64,000 nt of DNA, from positions 104,470,001-104,534,000 of the forward strand of contig NC_043002.1 in NCBI RefSeq assembly GCF_006345805.1, given 5' to 3'. Source of the stretch: Octopus sinensis (Eukaryota). Both the position numbers and the translations under genes were made by a program. Positions 11,469 through 24,319 of the stretch are shown here, in pieces (the stretch's first letter is position 1; each line of letters begins with the position of its first letter). The notes beneath the pieces were generated by a model. That model worked only from the letters and a program-made list of their open reading frames with translations. It was not told the DNA's origin and searched no databases.

Positions 11469-12476
11469 TTCGTTTGCAATATTCTTTATGTGAATACGTG
11501 TGTTGTGGCATAGTTTGCTCTGTCTGGGGAGAGTCATTGACTTTTAGTGCCTTATTATTCAACACCCTCACCAGTTCGATCCCCACTCATTTACGTATTT
11601 GATGTTACAAAACTTTTCTTTGCGTCTTGCGTCATTTCCAATAGTCGTAGGTTTTGTCCGTTATCGGAGCTGCGTACTTTTTGTTTGTTTGTTTGTGCGC
11701 ATGCGTGTGCGTCAGCACGCATGTCTATACACATATGTATGTATGTGTATGCATATATATGTATACATGTGTGTATGTTTCTATGCATATTCAGGTGTTT
11801 GTGTGTTTATGTTTCAATGCTTGTATGTGTGTGTGCATTTTTGTGTGTACCCCTGTCTCCTTGTGTGTGCATGCTTGAGCGTGTCTATGTGTATGTGTTT
11901 GTCTTCCTATGAACGTGTGTCTGTCATGTATGGATGTGTGTCTCCATATGTGTCCTTGTGTGTGTGTGTGCGTGATGTATGCATGTGTGTATATCGTTAT
12001 GTGTTTCAGTCTTCATCTATGTATGTCCATATGTATGCGTGCTTGTCTGCCCGTATTACCTATGTACCTATCTATCGGTTTATCTATCTATTTCCTACAT
12101 ATCCATTTACCTACAGACACATACACACATTTATATACACACATATACATATACACGTCTACAGACAGCCTACTAAGAACACTATGTTATTTTTTGAAAT
12201 GAAGTCACACAATTGTAGAAGATATTAAAGAAGTCGTTTTATTGCCAAGAATTAGTAAAACGATGGTAAAATAAATCCCTAAAAAAACCACAAAACTTTA
12301 CGATTATGTCAATAAACCAATATATGTGTCCACCCCACATCACAAAATTAAATATGGAAACCAGTAATGAGAGAATAATTGTTAGCGTATCCATGTATAA
12401 AATGACAATCCATCCATTCGTCCATCCATACATAAGCATACATATATATGTGTCTATCACAAAACAGAGAAACAAG

Positions 12477-12583
<107 letters not shown>

Positions 12584-12711
12584 AGAGAGAAGGATGCGTT
12601 TGTATATGTGTGAGTGTTTCTTAAGCATGCAGAAATTTGAGGAGAGAGAACGTGAACAAATTAGTTTTTGACAGGTGAACTCAAAACAAATAATGAGATA
12701 ATAATAATATC

Positions 12712-12870
12712 AAATTGTGGCACAAGGCCAGCAATATCGATGAGGCGGCGGGTAAGTTGATTGCATCGATTCCCGAAATCAACTGGTACTGTTGTATCGA
12801 GTTTGAAAGGTAAGTCTATCTCGCGTAATTTGAACTCAGAACATGAAGACAGACGAGATGCCACTAAGTA
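12712..12870 (-). mobile_element. Degenerate SINE family A
   Basis: aactggtact...aatttgaactcagaac...cagacga matches family A; ttgtggcacaaggccagc tail variant. Confidence 0.7.
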
Positions 12871-13049
12871 GATCTGTCGCTCCCTTCCACCACCACCACG
12901 ACTTCCACTGGTACAGGTAAAAATAATAACTTCTAAGTACTGTGTTTAAAAGTAAACCCTTTGAACAAGTCGAATGCTGCTTTCAATCCAAAAGATCTTG
13001 ATTCCCAATATTACATAGTCTTATCAACTCTAGGAAACCAGGGTGCGAA

Positions 13050-13607
13050 AGTTTGGAGAAGTGGGAAGGCAAGTCGATTAGATCAACCTTACTACGCAAA
13101 GGGTACTTAATTTATCGACCCTGAAAGGATGAACGGCAAAGTCGACCCCGGCGGAATTTGAACTCAGAATATAAAGACAGACGAAATACCTATTTCTTTA
13201 CTACCACAAGGGGCTAAACACAGAGAGGACAAACAAGGACATACAAACGGATTAAGTCGTTTTTATATCGACCCCAGTGCGTAACTGGTACTTATTTAAT
13301 CGATCCCGAAAGGATGACAGACAAAGTCGATCTCGGCGGAATTTGAACTCAGAACGTGGCGGCAGACGAAATACCTATTTCTTTAGTACCCACAAGGGGC
13401 TAAACAGAGAGGCGACGAACAAGGACAGACAAACGGATTAAGTCGATTACCCGGACCCCAGTGCGTTGTTGGTACTTACTTTATCGACCCCGAAAGGATG
13501 AAAGGCAAGGTCGACCTCGGCGGAATTTGAACTCAAAACGTAAAGACAGACGAAATACCGTTGGGCATTTCGCCCGGCGTGCAACGTTTCTGCCAGCGCG
13601 CCGCCTT
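13050..13607 (-). mobile_element. SINE family A head followed by three head-to-tail ~185-bp units
   Basis: gacgaaatacc recurs ending at 13190, 13375 and 13559 (periods 185 and 184); a single head gccgcctt ends at 13607. Confidence 0.9.
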
Positions 13608-14341
13608 CCAATACCTACATTTTGTCATATGCAGGATGCTCCACATCGCGTTCAACTGTTGAAAATGATAGACATACATACATATACGTAAATGTGTGTG
13701 CTTGTGTGCGTGCATGTGTGTTTGCATATATGTCTGCCTGTATGTATGTATGTATTTAAGCGAGTAAGCATGTATGCACGTACGAATGTATGCATGTAAG
13801 CATATGTATATGTCTGCACGTACGCATGTATGTATGTATGTATTTAACTATGTACTGCGGGAAACATGCTTTAAAAAGATTAAGGTAATCGCATCGTATT
13901 TGAACATATTCTGTATAAGCTCTAAACATTTCTGCGTTTATCGTCGAGAAAATTCATGCACACAACTGACATCTAATGCTGGTCTATGTGTTTGACATCT
14001 GATCCGGACGTGGCATACTAAGTGAACTTGATTAATGCAAGGGCAGCTGGAACATTTGCAGGTCAAGGATTATCAAGACACATAATACCAAGAAAGAAAA
14101 GGGACGGTGGTGGTGGTGGTGGAGAATGAACGTAGTTTTATATGTTGCATCATATTTTTTTTGTTCTTTTGTTTGACACTGATGTTCATCGTATGTTCAT
14201 CGTATCCTAGTTGCAGACACAGAAATGTAATTATTCGTGCTTTTGGATATCATTATTTTCAACATTGCCATTTATTGCTTACATATATTTGTAAAACGTG
14301 TAGTGAATACTTTCGTATATACATGTATATATGTATATATA

Positions 14342-14375
<34 letters not shown>

Positions 14376-14567
14376 CCACACATATACATATACATATACC
14401 TATTATACTTATGTATGTATATGTGTATGTGTATATATATATACATTTATACACAGACACACATACATATATATATACACATATCTATCATTCTTATGTA
14501 TGTATATGTGTATGTGTCTATATAAATATATATATATGTGTGTGTGTGTATATATATATGTATATAT

Positions 14568-14625
<58 letters not shown>

Positions 14626-14627
<2 letters not shown>

Positions 14628-14843
14628 GCGGTACGGCAGAATTAACAACCTGTTTGTATTTAATAACTTTTATTACATATGAGCGTTTATTAAGTAATTT
14701 TTTTATTGAACATACATTTATTGCATTACTTAAAGAAATGAATAATAAACTAATGAAAAACATCGCAGACATTTTAGGAAATAAAAACGAAACTTAATTA
14801 GAAAACTCAAATTCAAACGGCCGTTAATTCTGCCACACCCGTA
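14626..14843. mobile_element. MITE with ~30-bp terminal inverted repeats (Tc1/mariner type)
   Basis: Left tatgcggtacggcagaattaacaacctgtttg versus reverse complement of the right end tatacgggtgtggcagaattaacggccgtttg; TA context on both sides. Confidence 0.65.
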
Positions 14844-14867
14844 TATAGATATATCACGTGATGTCAT

Positions 14868-15163
14868 CACGTGACCGACCAGACCATCAGATGTTGTTAC
14901 ACATCGCTGGTCACAATGCGTTCGCATTGTTTTAGCCTTTGAATGACGCCACCCCGCTGGCTAAGAGAGCAGGCCAACAGAAGAACGAGTGGGAGAAAGA
15001 GTGGTGAAAGAGTACAGCAGGGATCACCTCCCTGCCGGAGCGTCGTGGAGCTTTTTAGGTATTTTCGCTCAATAAACACTCACAACCCCCGGTCTGGGAA
15101 TCGAAACCGCGATCGTACGACCGGGAGTCCGCTGCCCTAACCACTGGGCCATTGCGCATCCAC
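14868..15163 (-). mobile_element. SINE family B variant (alternative 3' end)
   Basis: Reverse complement of tggatgcgcaatggcccagtggttagggcagcggactc...cccagaccgggggttgtgagtg; the 3' part differs from the 54841 copy. Confidence 0.85.
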
Positions 15164-15539
15164 ATATAGATATATATTGGTATACATCTATTTGGTTGTA
15201 TATGTAGGCAAGTATTTATATACTTCGGCTTTGTATATAGTTTACAAGTTTGTATGTATTCGTGCGTGCATGTATGTATAATGCTCGAGATATGTAAAAC
15301 CATTATCTATATAGATATACAGCGTGAGTAAAGTATTTGAAGGCATAACTTTTGGGGGTCATTGCTGCCGTTTTTTTTTTTCTGTTGCTAACTCTGATTA
15401 ATCTTTGTTTCAGAGCATAATAATGGCAGACACACTGCTTACTCAAGAAACGAAGAGGCAGCGATTTAGAAATATCTCGATTTTTAAAAGATGCCAAAGT
15501 TTGTAAGGAGCTAGAGACTGAAGATAGAAACATATCACC

Positions 15540-16345
15540 AGTATCAAATCATAAAAAGCATTCTAAACGCTCTGAAACCATCAGAACACTTGAATTTATC
15601 CAGCGATTTCAACAGATGATTAATTGTAATCCCAGAAATCCATGAGGTCAATTGCAAAAGATCTTCACGTGTCAGAAGGAACACTCAGAAATGTTGTCCA
15701 CGAAGACATCAGTTATAAGTCTTATATGATGTGGAAAGGTCAATTTGTCAGAAAAAGCAAAAGAAAATCACTACATCAGATCTAAAAGGCTCTTAAACAA
15801 ACTGAAAAATCCAGCAGGAGATTTCGTTTGGTTTTTCTCAAACGAGAAAAAATCCGAATAAGATCAAAAAGTTAATAGAAGAAATTACAAATAGTTATGT
15901 GCAGAACTTTCTGAAGTTCCAAGTTTTATGCATAAAAAAATTTCCTGCAATGGGTTTGGGGATCATCAGCACTGAAGAACATATGATGCCTCCTTGCTTC
16001 TTTCCATAAAGCCTTAGAATTAACTCTGCCGCCTACATTGTGGTCCTGGAAACAATTGTTAAACCCTGGATAGACAGTGTATGCAATGGAAGGTCATATG
16101 TATTTCAGTAAAACTCTGCACTATCACACATAGCTCTAGTAACACAGGAAAGATCTCAATCAATTGAACTATTACATGTGGGGCGTTGTTGAGAGAGATG
16201 TCAATGAAGACGCCATAGAATAAAGATTCTTTGAAAGCTGACGTACTCAGAGTAATGTCCAAAATGAACCAGGACAATTTGATTCGAGTATGTATATGTT
16301 GTATATCTCATAAAGAAACAGTTGTTGAAGCTGAAGGTGGCTTTA
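15540..16345 (+). pseudogene. Decayed Tc1/mariner transposase, maT/DD37D-like
   Basis: Stitched: KSMRSIAKDLHVSEGTLRNVVHEDISYKSY...VWFFSNEKK...MGLGIISTEEHMMPPCFF...VKPWIDSVCNGRSYVFQ*NSA...LNYYMWGVVE...VVEAEGGFI. Many stops and frameshifts. Subfamily assignment is from motif recall. Confidence 0.85.
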
Positions 16346-16440
16346 TAGTATAAAATATTAGAAATGGTTTATTTTTACCCTCATAGCATTTTTTGATAAA
16401 TAAAGTTATTATCTCTTATTATATATATCTATTTCTTTTC

Positions 16441-16656
16441 TGGTTGTATACTGTCAATCTAACACGAACGTGACAGTAGGGGGGGGGGTGCACCACCGCT
16501 GTTTTAGCCCTAGGAATCATCGACGCCTCCTGATGGATTTGACACATTTTTCCTGTGTCTTATATACATTTAAATGTGTCAAAGCCATCAGGGCTAAAAC
16601 AGCGGTGGTGTACCCCCCTACTGTCACGTTCGTGTTAGATTGACAGTATACAACCA
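16441..16656. repeat. Long fold-back (inverted repeat) element
   Basis: tggttgtatactgtcaatctaacacgaacgtgacagtaggg... (16441-) pairs with ...ccctactgtcacgttcgtgttagattgacagtatacaacca (-16656); inner stem atttgacacattt/aaatgtgtcaaag; TTC on both flanks. Confidence 0.9.
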
Positions 16657-17465
16657 TTCTATCGCCCCACTCCCGTACATGTCTCTACGAGAGATTTAGA
16701 AATTTAGTATTTCTGATATTTCTTTTCTTATAATATAAATCTATCGTCCAATATCATACGCACCCTGTAGATATAACTGCACCTGGAGGAATCTTTTTAA
16801 TATTGTAAGCATATACATCAGGTTTCATTGCTCTCTTTTATGTCTCAAAATTAAAGGCTTTTATAGCGAAAGGTTCTACAAAATTCAACGAGGGTGGTTG
16901 GAAATAAGTTTCTTCCAATAGAATTTAGACGTCGACAAGACTGTTACACGTGTATACATTAAGTATACATTAAACACGTATGCTTCTATGGATACGAGAA
17001 CTCTTGTGCGCATGCGTGCCTTCGCGGATGTTATTGCATATTACGCTTGTCGTACTTAGTAAACCTCATCAAATATCCTCATCGTTTTGAGAGCATGGAT
17101 CTTCTGGCACTTGATAATATCTTTGCGGTTTACTGAACTCCGACACCTCTAGATTAGGAACGAACCATTGTGCCACGGCTCAATTTACTCCAGAATTCTT
17201 GTGGGACATCGCATTATATAAACCGTTTGGGATAACTCAAGATTTCTCATCTATCAGCTTACATATAATTCTTACTAATTTTAAACATCCTCTTTATATC
17301 TTTTCGGCTGCTGATTTCAAGAACGCTATATAACATATGTAATTATGTAAGTAAGTATGTATGTATGTATGTATGTATGTATGTATGTATGTATGTATGT
17401 CTACTTAACAGCCTGCTAACAGCTGTGTATATATAAACTACCAGGAGAGAGAGATAAATAAATAA

Positions 17466-17525
<60 letters not shown>

Positions 17526-18254
17526 CTATGTATATGTATACAAATACTCAGACTCATATATGCATTTGCATACAAATATACATACATGCATCTATTTAGA
17601 GTGATTTTCTTGAAGACTCGACAAGAATATTCAACTATTGTTCGTTGAGATGTTATCTCATAATGTCCTCCACCTTATTGCAGCTCATATATTTTGTTAA
17701 AGGATAGTCATCCGTACGTATTTCATTAGATAATGTCCTAATAATGTCTTCCCATCTCATACGTGTATATTAGTTATCAAGTTAATCCCTTCTCTACTTT
17801 TACTTGTTTCAATGATCGGACTGCGGCCATGCTGGGGGCCCAACTCGGATGTTAAATACTTTCTATGTCAGTTACGATGTTTATGTTAAATCCTGATACC
17901 TGTATTGTATTGTACGTGTTGGGCAATTTCCTACGCTCTTGTCTCGTTTCCGCGGCGATTCACCGGATTTCTTCCTATTTCCTTAGAGCATCCAAGATTG
18001 ACTGTCGCTTTGAAATAGTTTCGGAATGTAGACATGGATGGATATTTGGCTATAGTTATGTTTACACATATGTAATTCTTTGAGCGTATAACAGTGAAAC
18101 GTGTCTTCCTGTATGTGACGACAATAACATTAACCATTCTTTGGTTCCAAAGTACTGATATATTCTTATTGTGTGCTGCACATATACACACATATACACA
18201 TAGATACATACACGTAAACATTAACATCTGCATGTATATATATATAATATACAC

Positions 18255-18470
18255 ACGTTTGTGCGTGTATATGTTTGTGTATCTGTGTTTGTCCCTCCAA
18301 CATCACTTGACAACCGATGGTAGTGTGTTTACATCCCCGTAACTTAGCGGTTCGGCAAAAGAGAACGATATCATCAGTACTAGGCTTACAAAGAATAAGT
18401 CCTGGGGTCGAGTTGCTCGACTAAAGGCGGTGCTCCAGCATGGCCGCAGTCAAATTACTGAAAGAGTAAA
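18255..18470 (+). mobile_element. SINE family C, 3' half
   Basis: gacaaccgatggtagtgtgtttacatccccgtaacttagcggttcggcaaaa...cctggggtcga...ccagcatggccgcag. Confidence 0.8.
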
Positions 18471-18473
18471 AGA

Positions 18474-18508
<35 letters not shown>

Positions 18509-18788
18509 CAACAATTGAGGGTAAAATTAATTAATTAATCAATTTCACCAAGTATTCAGTATGCAAAGGGACCATTTAAGGCGAATTCAAATTATTACAT
18601 TATATAAAAGGGCTTAGTAAAATAAATTACTTTGCCGCATACTGAACTCATTAGAAATAGCAGCTAAAAAAACTTTTTAAGAACAATTTCTAATACTTAA
18701 AGAAAAACTCTCTCATATAGTGTTTGCTCAATTCAACTCACGAAAATATGGGGGTAGAGACATTAAAAAATCAAATGCAAAGGTTATT

Positions 18789-18840
18789 TGAGAACGTACG
18801 TTTCAAGATTAGTCAACACGACACTTCTATCATCAGCTCA
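18789..18840 (-). ncRNA. Type I hammerhead motif (inverted copy)
   Basis: Minus: tgag-CTGATGA-tagaagtgtcgtgttgactaatctt-GAAAC-gtac-GTT-ctca. Confidence 0.75.
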
Positions 18841-19110
18841 GAACTCCCTGGTTTGGATTTGAAAACACTGAAAGTTGGAGCATACCCTTTCGGCTTCTTA
18901 TCGCTTCTGAAGATCTGCTCGTAACTAACAGTGCCAACAAACTCAAAAATGCAAGCGAAGAATTTCTGCTCTCCCCTTTCCACCAACGTGGGTTAAAATC
19001 AGTAAACACTATGCTTTTTTCGGTAAAATCCGAGGCATTATATAGAGAGAGATGAATTATAATTTCAACAATTGAGGGTAAAATTATTAATTAATCAATT
19101 CAGGGAGTTC

Positions 19111-19163
19111 TGAGCTGATGATAGAAATGTCGAGTTTGACTAATCTTGAAACGTACGTTCTCA
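19111..19163 (+). ncRNA. Type I hammerhead motif, unit 1
   Basis: tgag(19111)-CTGATGA(19115)-tagaaatgtcgagtttgactaatctt-GAAAC(19148)-gtac-GTT-ctca. Predicted cut after 19159. Palindromic stem III ACGTACGT; stem II aga/tct and gtc/gac with an internal loop and a U.U pair at its base. Confidence 0.78.
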
Positions 19164-19668
19164 AATAACCTTTGCATTTGATTTTTTAATGTCTCTACCC
19201 CCATATTTTCGTGAGTTGAATTGAGCAAACACTATATGAGAGAGGTTTTCTTTAAGTATTAGAAATAGTTTTAAAAAAGTTTTTTTAGCTGCTATTTCTA
19301 ATGAGTTCAGTATGCGGCAAAGTAATTTATTTTACTAAGCCCTTTTATATAATGTAATAATTTGAATTCGCCTTAAATGGTCCCTTTGCATACTGAATAC
19401 TTGGTGAAATTGATTAATTAATTAATTTTACCCTCAATTGTTGAAATTATAATTCATCTCTCTCTATATAATGCCTCGGATTTTACCGAAAAAAGCATAG
19501 TGTTTACTGATTTTAACCCACGTTGGTGGAAAGGGGAGAGCAGAAATTCTTCGCTTGCATTTTTGAGTTTGTTGGCACTGTTAGTTACGAGCAGATCTTC
19601 AGAAGCGATAAGAAGCCGAAAGGGTATGCTCCCACTTTCAGTGTTTTCAAATCCAAACCAGGGAGTTC

Positions 19669-19721
19669 TGAGCTGATGATAGAAATGTCGAGTTTGACTA
19701 ATCTTGAAACGTACGTTCTCA
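19669..19721 (+). ncRNA. Type I hammerhead motif, unit 2
   Basis: Identical to 19111-19163, offset 558 bp; predicted cut after 19717. Confidence 0.78.
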
Positions 19722-19918
19722 AATAACCTTTGCATTTGATTTTTTAATGTCTCTACCCCCATATTTTCGTGAGTTGAATTGAGCAAACACTATATGAGAG
19801 AGGTTTTCTTTAAGTATTAGAAATAGTTTTAAAAAAGTTTTTTTAGCTGCTATTTCTAATGAGTTCAGTATGCGGCAAAGTAATTTATTTTACTAAGCCC
19901 TTTTATATAATGTAATAT

Positions 19919-19988
<70 letters not shown>

Positions 19989-20084
19989 CATCTATGTATT
20001 TATCTAATTATATATATACATGTATATGTGACTGTGTGTCTGTCCGTGTGTGTACGCGTGTGTGAATGTGTGTATGTGTGTGTG

Positions 20085-20300
20085 TGTGTGTGTGGTTGTA
20101 TGTCTGTGTTTGTCTCCCAACATCGCTTGACAACCGATGCTGGTGTGTTTATATTCCCGTAACTTAGCGGTTCGGCAAAATACACCAACAGAATAAGTAC
20201 TAGGCTTACAAAGAATAAGTTCTGGGGTCGATTTATTCGACTAAAGGCGGTGTTCCAGCATGGGCATGGCCGCATTCTAGTGACTGAAAGAAAAAAAAGA
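20085..20300 (+). mobile_element. SINE family C, 3' half
   Basis: Highly similar to 18255-18470. Confidence 0.8.
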
Positions 20301-21367
20301 AAAAAAAAAGAGACAACTAAAGTTATCCAATCAGTTTCATGTCTCCATGACAGCCTAGAATTTGTCTATTTGTTGGAATTTTTATATTTGACCAACGGAA
20401 ATGAACTTTCCAAACTGACCGTTTGTCATTGTTTCTGCATGACATTCGTAGGAACCATGCTTCCACGATATTTGCGATTAGTGCCAATATGCTGGTTTTG
20501 AGAGCGTCGCATAACTTGACAGCCCATGGGTACAAAGATGGATTATAAAATTTATCAATAGCTAACTTACTCGAAACGAAATTTTTATATATCTTAAGGG
20601 AAGCAAGCGTCGCATTCAGAAGCCAAAGGGGACACCCGTTCATATCAATTAGTACACCAATACCCCAGATATAACTAGCAACTTACGACTAGGTATTAAC
20701 ACGTGTAATTATCTCCCGATGTAGTAATTTTAGACAGAATACAGCTGTATCCAGTCTCTCCGGTCACCGCGAATAAATCCCGATGTGGCTGCCCTTAAAT
20801 GCATTGCGATGAATGACACGCCTTTCTCATTTCTATTTCAAATTCATATGGCTGTTTCGTATTACGATTATAGAATTCATGTTTCAATGTGTAATATGAG
20901 AATTACCCATTGTGTGATATTACAAAAGCTGTTATAAGAAAGGAATATCTCCGTCTTTCGAAATATTATGAACTTGCAAAACAAAGGTTTGCTTTTAATT
21001 CGAACGGTTTACAAATACTTTGAATTACTTGAATTTAACACAACAACAGCCCATTCTTTGAACTATCACGAAAATAGTGCACAGCTAAGCTTTTAGTCAG
21101 TTTGTGCTGAAATACGTGGAAGAAAGATTGAAAGACCGACATAAGCAAATAGGAGTTTCTATACATATGCTCACGTATATAATTCCGACTTTCTATGCAT
21201 AGATATTTAAGAAATAACTAAATGTTTTATAAGCGTATATTTAGATATATATGTGTGTGTGTGTATCTGCGTTTGTGTGCGTGTGCGTGTATGTGCACGT
21301 ATGTATGAATGTATAAATATATAAATAAATATATGTATATATGTGTGAGTGTGTGTGTATACATATA

Positions 21368-21406
<39 letters not shown>

Positions 21407-21853
21407 GTGTATGTATGTATGTATGCATGTATCTATATATTCACACAATGTATAAAAGCAGCCATTAATAAGTAATTTGAGCGGCCATTTTTTCCCTATG
21501 GCGTATTCTCGAGTCATGTAATAACCCTCTACATTAATCCAATACACCACGGATATTATAGTCATAGTTTCACAACCGCAAATTACACACACACACACAC
21601 ACATACACACACACACACATACACACACACACACACACACACTGCATACAGCTATATTCCTTGAGACAGCAATACTCTCAAAATTACTAGCTGACAATTA
21701 GTGACAAACAAAACCAATTTATATTTCTTAACGTAATAAAGAATAATTGTTATTATGAATTACATTTGAAATTAGCATTAATACGTTTATATTCATCGTG
21801 AGTCTCTGCATATATACATACATACACATATATACATATATATATAATATATA

Positions 21854-21949
<96 letters not shown>

Positions 21950-21950
21950 A

Positions 21951-21982
<32 letters not shown>

Positions 21983-22005
21983 CTCTATCTCTCTATCTCT
22001 CTATC

Positions 22006-22036
<31 letters not shown>

Positions 22037-22501
22037 ATATATATATATATATTAAAACGCCTGGTAAATTAATTAACAGTAATTAATTAAATATCTTAGA
22101 AATTGTATTGCATACTCAGTGGTGTAAATCACAATTTCAAAGTTAAATATTATAAGCAACAAACAATCTTTTCATCACGAAATGCTATGATTAAACAAAA
22201 CGGAAAGTTGTTTACGTAACCAGAAGTTATCTACAGAATGTAGTGCGGTCATTATTATTATTACTATTATTATTCTGATGAAGAAAATGGACGATGGATT
22301 CTACGAAGATGTCGTCGGCACAAATGCGTGGCGCAGAAGTGTGAGTGCGTTTCTCTTTTTCTCTCTCTGTGTCTCTCTCACCCTCTCTCTTTCCGCCCCC
22401 TCTCTCTCTCTGTGAGTGCACGCTAGTAGTTATTTCTATATCTTTCATCCTTTGTCTCTATCTTTATGCATAGATAGATTTGCGCCTATGTCAATAAATA
22501 C

Positions 22502-22540
<39 letters not shown>

Positions 22541-22568
22541 CATAAACTTATACGCGTGTACATACATA

Positions 22569-22635
<67 letters not shown>

Positions 22636-23624
22636 GATAGATGAAATAAATATAGTCATATATCGCCATATGTATACATGTGTGTGAGTGTCCAAGCGCG
22701 CGTGTTGTGTAAATACTAATTTTGCTATTCATAGATTCATAGAACCTCTAATAAAATTGCCAACGCTGTTCCAAGAACTTATTATTGTTGTTGTAGCTGT
22801 TGTTTACGTCTCCGCTTTACCATTTTTATCTCTGTTCCTTCGTATGATATTCTTTACACTTAATTATTTATATATTGTTTTGATTTCATTCATTCTTTTT
22901 ACCAACATTTTTAGCAATTATATGTTAGTGTTAATTATTTCTATTTGTTTCTATTGTGTAAAACTTGAATTTAAGCTGGGAATAGATAACGAACTACTTT
23001 TCAAATTGCTTTTCTACAGAAGCTGATATTGTTTTGATATTCCTGCAGATTTTATTTGTTATTTTAGTTTTCGTTGGCGAACCTATTGCAGAACTAAGGG
23101 TCACTAACACTCGGACACTCGCTAATAAGGCATTATTCATTAAGATCCTTTATACATATACACTTGTACGTCATGTGCCTTATCCCTCACAAGTCCACTA
23201 TTAAGTCAACGGGCCTTGATTCGCTTACGACTAACTCATTTCCGATTCAGTTACAGTAAATATCTCAGTATTTGTTTTTGCATTCGGAAGACACCTTCTG
23301 CTAAACGCACTAATGATTCATTAGTTATTAGGCACACACAGCAATATACCACACTCCATAGTTTCCCTCACCAGTGAAGTACTCGCTACTATGACACGCT
23401 GCGTATGCACTCTCTTACGACACCCACCGTGAGCCTCCCAACTGAAAGAACCACACCACTCTCAAACACAGCAATGTGACATTCCTAAAGCATTCACAAT
23501 TAATTAGATCCCAATTCTTTCATTCTTTGATAAGATGTTCACCACTGACACGTTCAACACCTTGATATTCACTGGTTAAACACACACACACCGCTTATGC
23601 ACCCAGCATTATGTTTCTCACTAT

Positions 23625-23848
23625 TACTATTTCTTTACTACCCACAAGGGGCTAAACACAGAGGGGACAAACAAGGACAGACAAGCGGATTAAGCCGATT
23701 ATATCGACCCCCAGTGCGAACTGGTACTTATTTCATCGACCCCGAAATGATGAAAGGCAAAGTCGACCTCGGTGGAATTTGAACTCAGAACGAAATACTG
23801 CTAAGCATTTCGCCCGGCGTGCTAACGATTCTACTAGCTCGCCGCCTT
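23625..23848 (-). mobile_element. SINE family A, full length
   Basis: Reverse complement of aaggcggcgagctagtagaatcgttagcacgccgggcgaaatgc...ccccttgtgggtagtaaagaaatag. Confidence 0.9.
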
Positions 23849-24319
23849 CTACCAGCTCCCTACTTGTGCAATCATCATAGTCACGCTTGCTAACCAAATA
23901 AGACACTGTTAAGAAACCCAACACCAAAACATCCACCCGTACAAAACTCGTGCATAAGCCACTACCGATTAAAACGCACTCTACAACTACATTCTCTATT
24001 AAATTACTCTTTACTGGTATACACACCCTTAACACACAACGAAGTCTCTCGTATGCGAAGTTAATCTCTACTATGCCACGTTACCTGTAAAACACTGACG
24101 AGGAAGTCCCTTGTATTTAGAACATCGCTAGTAAAGAAATGTTTCCACTGAGTGTCACTAGCCACGGAGGTGAGCAATACAATGCAGCGGTTGGAATGCA
24201 TTCGAGGCTGTTATTCCTACTTCTGCAACTGTAGCTGCAGCGGTTTTCATAACTGCTTCTGTACTTTCTGGACGCATATTTCTAATTGACCCATACTCTC
24301 AACATACTCCCAACAATAC

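Larger units (their letters stand above)
18503..19917 (+). mobile_element. Retrozyme-like / non-autonomous PLE array: 558-bp unit, about 1.5 direct copies (19101-19917) preceded by about 1.07 inverted copies (18503-19100)
   Basis: 19101-19359 is repeated at 19659-19917 (offset 558). 18503-19100 is the reverse complement of a circular permutation of the unit with a few substitutions. Each unit carries one HHR. No RT or endonuclease coding is recognisable. Confidence 0.85.

Noticed and set aside
18724-19786. ORFs MLNSTHENMGVE... (18724-18924 plus; 19454-19786 minus) and 19523-19726 plus
   Set aside because: They are copies of each other within the repeat unit, antisense to or overlapping the HHR, and show no recognisable domain; probably incidental.
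20323-20643. 106-aa non-repetitive minus-strand ORF
   Set aside because: No recognisable domain and no convincing splice signals; cannot be supported without a search.
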